Shown one piece after another: positions 39,507 through 46,391 of a DNA stretch of 64,000 nucleotides; within the stretch, counting starts at the first letter, position 1, and each line of letters begins with the position of its first letter. The position numbers and the translations under genes are program-made. The stretch comes from Spirochaetota bacterium (GTDB lineage Bacteria; Spirochaetota; UBA4802; UBA5550), in assembly GCA_963663865.1 (NCBI GenBank), contig OY760686.1, positions 2,560,001 through 2,624,000 on the forward strand. Direction: 5' to 3'. The notes under the pieces were generated by a model. The model was not told the origin of the DNA. It did not search any database and worked only from the letters and a program-made list of their open reading frames with translations.

Positions 39507-41534
39507 TTACTTTGAATTTCCTCCTGAATTACCCATCTGCTGGTTCATCCAGTTCTTCTGCGAATTCGCTCCCGATATGGCCCTTTCCATCGCGCCAAAC
39601 TTGGCCCGCAGCTTCGCTTCATGTTTTTTCAGGTGGTCCTCGTGGCGCGCGATCCTTTCGTTCGAGATTCTTATGTTTTCGTTCTCAAGGTCAATCTTGC
39701 TTGATATTACATTTCTTCCAAAGCCCACATAGGCCTTCAGCATTTCCTCAAGCGCGTACGCCATGCCTGAATCAATTCTTGTATCAGCGTCGGTGTCCGA
39801 TCCGAAAAACAGCTTAACACCCTCCGGATTTTCAACAATGACCTTCTTGAGCTCGGCCTCATCCACGACAAGTTTACCTGTTTTTATAGTCTCCCATGCC
39901 GCGTTTACCTTACCCGTTGAAACGCCGATTTGCGGAAGAATTTTTATCTGCCTGTCAGCGCTGTTCGGATAGGCCCCGTTGACTATTCTTTTTACTGTGC
40001 TTTCAATTCTGATAACCGACATATCAGATGAAAAAATTCCGCGCTCCGAATTGCCCTGGCTCTTACTCTCACCGGGCTTCGAGACTTCTTCTGTCTTTAC
40101 AAGCTGCCTGTTAAGGTCAATGTACTTGTTATAGGCTTCGACAAATTTTTTAATTTTATCAATCGATTTCTCAGCATCCGCCTCAATCTTTACATCAACG
40201 GGTCTCTCAGACGCCTGCCTGAGGTTCATTGTAACACCCTTGATGATGTCGTTCAGATCGCTGTTTCTGTCCCTTTTAATCTCAATGCCGTCAAGTTTGA
40301 CAACCGCATCCTCAGCCGGAGCTATCTGATTCTTGATCTCATAGGTCTTGTCATCCTTAACGGGGGTTGATATAGCGGCATTAGAAAATACTGACTTCCC
40401 CTTGTTGGAGTAAAAGAAGACACGCGATATCTTTCTGCCTTCAAAGTCAGCTCCGATTGGCATCTGCTGCCGTCCCTCAGCTTTTTCGTCTATAATATAT
40501 CTCTTCTCGTTTCTGACACCGGCTTCATCAGTGTAGACGACTCCGACACCGGCCGCGCTGTCATACTCCTTCTCAGGGGGTTTCTTTTCCTCTTCTCTGA
40601 TCCGTGAAACATTATATCCCTTTAGTTCAATGCCCTTGACTACAATGCGCTCATCCGGGCCCATTATCACCCTCGAAGGAACAGGCTCATCCTTTTTCTC
40701 TTCAACAGGGCGTTTGAAGTCAAATGCCAGAACCGTGTCCTTTTTCACGTCGGCCTGAACAGGCAGAGCGTACTCCTGCCACAGCATCCCGTCAATAGTC
40801 ACTGACTTTCCGTCCTCTGAAACGGCAAGGCTCCCGTCCTGGCCCTCACCCGCAACCGAGCCGGCATATGGCGAAAAATACCTTCTGTCAAAGATGAGCC
40901 CGGCTGTCTTCTGGTCAGTAATTTTCTCGCCGGATGCAAGCCCGATCTCCCTTAGAAAGCCGAGATCACCCTCAACTCCAATTTTGCCCTTTACCCCCTG
41001 AACTTTTGACTCAATGGAAAGGACAAACTTATCTCCGCCGATTCTAATTACAGAGGTGGAAACCGACTCGCCCGCCACCTCGTCTATCCTGTCCTTCAGC
41101 GACGTAATTTTTCCGCCCTTGAACTTTATGCTGTGCTCTTCGCCGTTCACTTTCAGAACAATCTTTCCGGCCTTGAGCTTCCTGTCTTCTTCTATTTGAT
41201 CGGTGGTAATCTTGTGAGTAGAGGCAAGTTTAACGACTTCAACCTTTCTTATACCCGGGTCAGCAAGCTTAGAAGCTGTCACCTCAAGCACTGACGTATC
41301 GCTTGAAATCGCCTTCTTCTCGTCGTAAGAAGCCCTGAAACCGTAAAGGTCGCGGGCCGAATCGCTGAGCTCTTTCAGGCTGTCATTAAGGAAACCAAGG
41401 GCCTTCTTCCTGTCATTGCTCTCAGCAATTTCATATTGGAGTTTTTTAATAGGGCGGGCCTCAACCTCCATCAGTTTGGTGATTATGGCATCTGTATCCA
41501 TGCCAGAGGCTACACCGCCGATTGAAACAGGCAT
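39507..41534 (-). CDS. fliD: Flagellar filament cap protein
   Basis: GVASGMDTDAIITKLMEVE, DAVVKLDGI.I.R..N...DII.GVT, IKKFVEAYN, LRAKFGAME. Confidence 0.95.
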   Translation of the reverse strand: MPVSIGGVASGMDTDAIITKLMEVEARPIKKLQYEIAESNDRKKALGFLNDSLKELSDSARDLYGFRASYDEKKAISSDTSVLEVTASKLADPGIRKVEVVKLASTHKITTDQIEEDRKLKAGKIVLKVNGEEHSIKFKGGKITSLKDRIDEVAGESVSTSVIRIGGDKFVLSIESKVQGVKGKIGVEGDLGFLREIGLASGEKITDQKTAGLIFDRRYFSPYAGSVAGEGQDGSLAVSEDGKSVTIDGMLWQEYALPVQADVKKDTVLAFDFKRPVEEKKDEPVPSRVIMGPDERIVVKGIELKGYNVSRIREEEKKPPEKEYDSAAGVGVVYTDEAGVRNEKRYIIDEKAEGRQQMPIGADFEGRKISRVFFYSNKGKSVFSNAAISTPVKDDKTYEIKNQIAPAEDAVVKLDGIEIKRDRNSDLNDIIKGVTMNLRQASERPVDVKIEADAEKSIDKIKKFVEAYNKYIDLNRQLVKTEEVSKPGESKSQGNSERGIFSSDMSVIRIESTVKRIVNGAYPNSADRQIKILPQIGVSTGKVNAAWETIKTGKLVVDEAELKKVIVENPEGVKLFFGSDTDADTRIDSGMAYALEEMLKAYVGFGRNVISSKIDLENENIRISNERIARHEDHLKKHEAKLRAKFGAMERAISGANSQKNWMNQQMGNSGGNSK

Positions 41535-41724
41535 TTTACTCCTCCAGAGCAGCTTATTACATTAAGATAACCCTACACACACTTATCGTCAAATCCGCCG
41601 ATTAAAAACAGCACTTTAAGGAGACATAAATGCTTTTTTTCAGGGGGGATATCGGCCTATTTCAAACCGATGTTCAAGGTCTACGGCCCCGGCTTCAGCC
41701 AGCTGCCGGTAATTGACAGCCCTG

Positions 41725-41780
41725 AAAAACAAAAGACCGCTAAGGCTCACAAAATCTGTTTGTGAACTTTAGCGGTCTTT
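41725..41780 (-). terminator. Long hairpin terminator between flaG and fliD
   Basis: AAAGACCGCTAA..TCACAAA/TTTGTGA..TTAGCGGTCTTT followed by TGTTTTT on the minus strand. Confidence 0.7.
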
Positions 41781-41827
41781 CGAAGACATGTCTGTTCCTC
41801 CGGACTCAGAAAATCCGGATAAGCAGT

Positions 41828-42160
41828 TTATCTTGACTCATCCACCAGCATTCCAATATAGTCCTGAATGCTTTCAAGAAGCTTAACGGCGTCCTTTGCC
41901 GGAATCTCCCTGACGACCTCGGATGTCTCCGTGTCTATAATCTTCATGATAACGCTGTTAGCCTTGTCGTTATACGTAAAGCTGATCCTGTCATTGTAGC
42001 TTTTTACTGAACGATTCAGCGTCTCGACTACCGCGGCAACATCACCACTGGCTGAAGAATGCTTTCCATCCTCAGAACCGCTATGGTGATGAGCGTTTTC
42101 ATGATGCCCGTTGTAGACCTTAATTCTGTCTACAGTATCCAGTATACCAGTGATATTCAT
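41828..42160 (-). CDS. flaG: Flagellar protein FlaG
   Basis: ISFTYND....VIMKIIDTETSEVVREIP...GMLVDE; located between flaB and fliD. Confidence 0.92.
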   Translation of the reverse strand: MNITGILDTVDRIKVYNGHHENAHHHSGSEDGKHSSASGDVAAVVETLNRSVKSYNDRISFTYNDKANSVIMKIIDTETSEVVREIPAKDAVKLLESIQDYIGMLVDESR

Positions 42161-42189
42161 GATGCAACCTCCTTGTTGTATCCCTCCTC

Positions 42190-42237
42190 AAAAAAGAAAA
42201 AGATTCCCCTTTCCGCTCTCCCAAGCGGAAAGGGGGA
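42190..42237 (-). terminator. Intrinsic terminator after the second flaB
   Basis: Minus strand CCCCTTTCCGCT-tgggag-AGCGGAAAGGGG then AATCTTTTTCTTTTTT. Confidence 0.8.
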
Positions 42238-42279
42238 CGGAGCATGCCGCACTGCATGAGCATCTCCCTAAACCGGTCC

Positions 42280-43125
42280 TCATTCCAAAAGCTTCATAAT
42301 AAGCTTTGGCTTAAAATTAGCTTGAGCCAGCATCGCAGTACCAGTCTGAACGAGGATCTGGTCCCTTGTGTACTCAACCATCTGAGCAGCCATGTCCACA
42401 TCACGGACCCTTGAGTCCGCGGCCATCATATTTTCATATGAGAGCGTCAGTGCTGAGATCGCATTCTCCATCCTGTTGTAATAGGCCCCAAGATCTGCCC
42501 TCTGGCGATTTAGTCTCTCAAGAGCTAAATCAACATACCCGATCATTGAGTTTGCCTGTCCAACAGTTGAAATTGACCTCTTACTGTTGTTCTCATCCAG
42601 CAGATTCAAAGCCTGAGCCGAAATAGTACTAATGTACACGCGGATCCTCTGATGACTGTTAGCACCCACGTGAAAGAACATGCTTCCGACCTTGCTGCCT
42701 TTGGCGAAGGTCCCTGTGAGCATCTTCATTCTGTTGAACTCAGCCGATGTGGCGATGCGGTCAATCTCTTCAATCAGCTGGGATACCTCAACCTGAATCT
42801 GCATGCGGTCCGGGTTAGAGTATATTCCGTTTGCGGACTGAATTGAAAGCTGCCTTATCCTTTGAAGCATATCATTAACCTGCTGAAATGACCCCTCCGC
42901 AACCTGGATGAAAGAAAGCCCGTTTTGGGAATTCTTTTCAGCCTGGATCAGGCCGTTGATCTGGGTACGCATCTTTTCAGATACCGCCAGACCAGAAGCA
43001 TCATCTCCAGCCCGGTTAATAGCCTCACCGGAAGCAAGCTTTTCGATTGATTTGTCCATACGTGCCGCCACACTCTGCATCTGTCTGTTAGCGAAAATGG
43101 CGCTCATGTTGTGATTGATTCTCAT
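42280..43125 (-). CDS. flaB: Periplasmic flagellar filament core protein (second copy)
   Basis: [49 protein letters not shown]. Confidence 0.97.
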   Translation of the reverse strand: MRINHNMSAIFANRQMQSVAARMDKSIEKLASGEAINRAGDDASGLAVSEKMRTQINGLIQAEKNSQNGLSFIQVAEGSFQQVNDMLQRIRQLSIQSANGIYSNPDRMQIQVEVSQLIEEIDRIATSAEFNRMKMLTGTFAKGSKVGSMFFHVGANSHQRIRVYISTISAQALNLLDENNSKRSISTVGQANSMIGYVDLALERLNRQRADLGAYYNRMENAISALTLSYENMMAADSRVRDVDMAAQMVEYTRDQILVQTGTAMLAQANFKPKLIMKLLE

Positions 43126-43427
43126 AGAAACCCTCCCTTGATTTTTTCTGAACCACCGCTTCTATGATTTTTAAATGGCCCAGGTTTTCATCCGCACCAT
43201 CTTGACGCGGAAGGGACTTGCGAAAGTCCGAAGGTTGTCTCCTTGTAATGCCGCCTGAACTGCCCATAATCCAGACAACACCGGCCCCGGTTTTCCGGCA
43301 GCCGGTGATGCCCTCCCCTGATCATCACAAGCTGCCGGAAATGTCCGGCCTCTGTCCGCTGTAATACAACAGCGGCAGCATTGCTATCTGGGCAGTCACC
43401 GCAAATGGAGGTGAGAGAATCAATCGA

Positions 43428-43440
43428 GTTTTCAAAGAAC
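43428..43440 (-). promoter_or_regulatory. boxA-like element in the flaB-flaB spacer
   Basis: Minus strand GTTCTTTGAAAAC, matching the Firmicutes-type rrn boxA. Confidence 0.55.
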
Positions 43441-43474
43441 CTGCACTAAAGCTTATTCGCAGTTTTCGTTTTCA

Positions 43475-44326
43475 TCAGCCGGCCAGTAGCCTTAAAGCTG
43501 TCTGGTTTTGTATATTAGCCTGGGCGAGCATCGCCGTACCGCTCTGAACAAGAACCTGATTTTTGGTGAAGTCTACCATTTCTTCAGCCATATCAGCATC
43601 TCTTATCCTGGACTCAGCGGCTTGAATGTTCTCAAACGCGGTCATGAGTCCTTTAGCGGTCATATCCAGCCTGTTGTAGTACGCACCGAGGTCTGCTCGC
43701 TGCTTGGAAAGTACCTGCAGGGCATTATCAAGAACTCCAATGGCTTCATTGGCTCCGCCAGGAGAGGAAAGCGAAAGGGATATTCTCCCTGTACCATCTG
43801 AAAACTTGAATGCCTGAGCAGTCATAGTTCCAATGTAAACTCTTTCTCTCTGGTTCTGGTTTGCACCGAGATGGAACCACATACTTGCCTTCGGATTAAT
43901 TTTTGAAAATTCTCCTGTAAGTACCTTGAATCTGTTAAACTCAGCAGTCGAAGCTACCCTGTTGACCTCGTCGACAAGAGCCGAAACCTCAACCTGAATA
44001 AGTTGACGGTCTGTGTTGGAATAAATTCCGTTAGCGGACTGAATTGAGAGTACCCTTATCCTCTGGATAATTGAAGCAGTCTGATTCAGATAGCCTTCAG
44101 CCGTCTGAACAAAAGACATACCGTCTTCGGTATTTCTCGCAGCCTGTCTCAAACCTTGAATCTGAGTCCTCATTTTTTCAGAAACCGCAAGACCGGAAGC
44201 GTCGTCTCCTGCCTTGTTGATTCTTTCGCCTGAAGCGAGCTTTTCCATGCTGCTCTGCACATTCCAGGTCGTAAACTTCAAAGTCCTGTTGGCATTAATT
44301 GCACTCATGTTGTGATTAATTATCAT
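43475..44326 (-). CDS. flaB: Periplasmic flagellar filament core protein (first copy)
   Basis: Start at MIINHNMSA after SD AAGGAG; [32 protein letters not shown]. Confidence 0.97.
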   Translation of the reverse strand: MIINHNMSAINANRTLKFTTWNVQSSMEKLASGERINKAGDDASGLAVSEKMRTQIQGLRQAARNTEDGMSFVQTAEGYLNQTASIIQRIRVLSIQSANGIYSNTDRQLIQVEVSALVDEVNRVASTAEFNRFKVLTGEFSKINPKASMWFHLGANQNQRERVYIGTMTAQAFKFSDGTGRISLSLSSPGGANEAIGVLDNALQVLSKQRADLGAYYNRLDMTAKGLMTAFENIQAAESRIRDADMAEEMVDFTKNQVLVQSGTAMLAQANIQNQTALRLLAG

Positions 44327-44357
44327 TTTACACTCCTTTGTTTCTCTGTTTCTGTGT

Positions 44358-44371
44358 TGGCTTCCTTGCCA
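44358..44371 (-). promoter_or_regulatory. CsrA-type binding hairpin in the flaB leader
   Basis: TGGC-AAGGAA-GCCA with GGA in the loop, plus a second GGA in the SD, as in CsrA-regulated flagellin leaders. Confidence 0.6.
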
Positions 44372-44494
44372 GTATGGTCGAGGGCATAACCACATTTTTC
44401 AGCAGGTTGGGCAGTGCCCGGTTCCAGGCTTGTATCTGGGCTCATACAAACTTGCAACCTCGACTACACTCCCCGGACAGCAACTGATGAAAAC

Positions 44495-44535
44495 GTTTTC
44501 AAAGATCCGCGAATAAGCAGGGATTACTCCCTGCT
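44495..44535 (-). promoter_or_regulatory. GNRA hairpin (boxB-like) plus boxA-like element in the flaB leader
   Basis: AGCAGGGA-GTAA-TCCCTGCT, then GATCTTTGAAAAC 8 nt later. Confidence 0.55.
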
Positions 44536-44539
44536 CGAA

Positions 44540-44567
44540 ATGTCGTCACCTCTGGCCGTCAGGTTTA
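44540..44567 (-). promoter_or_regulatory. Putative sigma-28 promoter of flaB
   Basis: Minus strand TAAA-N16-GACGACAT (consensus GCCGATAW), just upstream of the leader hairpin. Confidence 0.5.
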
Positions 44568-44752
44568 GCTCTATTATTGACAGTATAGCCCATTCTACAT
44601 TGTATAATGGATATTATGACGTATTTATGGCTTGTTTTGGCTATTTTTTAGCTTTTTTATGTTTTTTGATGTTTTTTGATGTTTTCCCGCATTTTTTTAT
44701 AAAAATGGGGGTGAATAAGGCGACAATAGCTACAACTGTTTATTGCTGTCGC

Positions 44753-45568
44753 CTAACGGGCTGACTGAAGCCTTTTTTTCAGGGTTGAAATCTGCTCCTT
44801 CCACATGCGGGCATAGTCAGTCCCCCATCTTTCGGGGGTAATTACGAGTTCAGCTTCACTCAGCTGTAAACCTGCCTCTCTGACGTTTCCGTTTTCAAGA
44901 AGGGCTTCTGCGTAGTGGATTCTATTTTGAGGAAAATCAGGAAAAAGCTCTACTGAGCGGGAAAGCATTTCGAGAGCATAGTCAATATCTCCAAAGCCTG
45001 TCGGCCACGCAGGAGCTTTCAGGTAGAGCATTCCCCCCACCCTTAACGGTCCTCCGCTGTCAATTGACTGATCTGTTACGGCATAATCAATAGCCTCCTT
45101 CATCGAAGAGAGCCTTCCTATCGCCGGGAGGCCTCTGATGGACAGCACTATGCCGCTGTTGACAGCATAGTAATACGCAGCTTCCCGCGACCCGCGCATC
45201 GCTCCGGCAGCCTCGGCGGCTTCAGCTCCGGCTTCAGCCGCCTTCAGTCGAAGATCATCATCTTTCTCTGATTCAGCGCACATGTAGGCGGCCCTTGACA
45301 TCGCAAGTGCCGCTGAGGTACTCCGGGCATCTTCCGCGCGCAGATACGAAGCAATCCTGTAAGCCTCGTACTTCCTGTCGAGGGATCGCGGCCTCTCCGA
45401 GTAGGCATGTACATAATCAATCAAAGCCTTTTTGTCAGAAATGGCTGAAATTATCACCCTGTCATTTGAATTGAGTTCGAACTTTATGTTCCCTGATCCT
45501 GAAGAACAGGCCGCAAAAATCATGGGAACAATACACAGAAATCTACTTATACCTGGCAATAACCTCAT
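44753..45568 (-). CDS. TPR/TatT-like lipoprotein, BstC-like
   Basis: SD GGGAGG; lipobox FAAC; AAYYYAVNSG, GGPLRVGGMLYLKAPAWPTGFGD. Confidence 0.7.
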   Translation of the reverse strand: MRLLPGISRFLCIVPMIFAACSSGSGNIKFELNSNDRVIISAISDKKALIDYVHAYSERPRSLDRKYEAYRIASYLRAEDARSTSAALAMSRAAYMCAESEKDDDLRLKAAEAGAEAAEAAGAMRGSREAAYYYAVNSGIVLSIRGLPAIGRLSSMKEAIDYAVTDQSIDSGGPLRVGGMLYLKAPAWPTGFGDIDYALEMLSRSVELFPDFPQNRIHYAEALLENGNVREAGLQLSEAELVITPERWGTDYARMWKEQISTLKKRLQSAR

Positions 45569-46391
45569 TGAGCCTCCCTGCAGCCGTTCTGACAAAGCGT
45601 TGAATTCCAAAGTTTCTGCAAACATCGCGGCCCTCGTCGAGTCCGCACATGGCCTCTACCGCGTCGAGCACCCTGCCCTCGACCTTTGCCGCTGCCGGCG
45701 ATTCAGCTGCCATGAGTCCGAGAGTCGGAACCGGCTCAGATATGTACACGGCCTTAATGTCGTCTGACATCCTCAGCTTTGAAAGGCTGGCATACTGCAT
45801 TTCGTTTAGAATTACAGCATCAATTTTTCCTTCTCCAAGCTGCCTCAACGCTGAAAGGGGCCTGAGAGTCGGTTTGCAATTAAAATACTTCGCGCAGGAC
45901 AATCTTCCTCCAAAAACAACTGAATCCAAAAAGCGGGCGTCCTCATAGAGAACATTGCCGCTCAGAACCTTTCCTTTCAGAGCTGAAAGAGCATCATATT
46001 TCCCCTTCTTCACGACTACATAGTAACACCCTGAATCCTTTCCGTCAATGCTCATAAGGGCAAGCGGTTTAAGCTTAAGAGCGCTTCGGTTCGCAAGAAA
46101 GAAAGACGTCGGCCCCAGGACATAGGCCCCTTTACTTTCAGACACGTAGCGGGCCGCATGCGCCGTGTCGGTGAAATACCGTCCCTCTATCATCTTCCTG
46201 CTCAGGCCGGCCTTTTCGGCAAGGTGGTCAAGGAACTGCCCAATCATCTTCTGTCCCTCACCGCCCGCGGATGGACCGCCGGGAAACACTATGGCAAAAC
46301 GCAGCGTGCCGGCCTCCAGAGCGGCGGACGGACAGACCTGGATAACCGCCATGAAAGAGATCACAGTCATCACAAAAAGCTTAATCCTCAA
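45543..46391 (-). CDS. PhnD/SsuA-type periplasmic binding protein, BstB-like
   Basis: Signal peptide; FLDHLAEKAG, YYVVVKKG...LSALKGK, ALRQL.EGKIDAVIL. Confidence 0.75.
   Translation of the reverse strand: MRIKLFVMTVISFMAVIQVCPSAALEAGTLRFAIVFPGGPSAGGEGQKMIGQFLDHLAEKAGLSRKMIEGRYFTDTAHAARYVSESKGAYVLGPTSFFLANRSALKLKPLALMSIDGKDSGCYYVVVKKGKYDALSALKGKVLSGNVLYEDARFLDSVVFGGRLSCAKYFNCKPTLRPLSALRQLGEGKIDAVILNEMQYASLSKLRMSDDIKAVYISEPVPTLGLMAAESPAAAKVEGRVLDAVEAMCGLDEGRDVCRNFGIQRFVRTAAGRLNEVIARYK

Noticed and set aside
41580-41680. Sigma-28 promoters upstream of fliD
   Set aside because: GACGATAA and GCCGATAT -10-like boxes are present, but no correctly spaced TAAA -35
43210-43460. RNase P RNA on the plus strand (GAAAGTCC ... 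GCTTAT)
   Set aside because: It lacks the full GAGGAAAGUCC and the matching 3' P4 strand and other conserved regions
44327-44395. N-terminal extension of FlaB in the ORF track
   Set aside because: The true start is MIINHN at 44326 with its own SD; the extension is 5' UTR
43451-44518. Inverted repeats around flaB as a DNA inversion (Hin-type phase variation) switch
   Set aside because: The two arms have unequal internal spacers (11 vs 4 nt), the mismatches are G-U compatible, and no recombinase is nearby; RNA pairing fits better
44414-44764. 116-aa plus-strand ORF upstream of flaB
   Set aside because: It is antisense to the flaB leader and promoter, and its hydrophobic part comes from a T-rich tract
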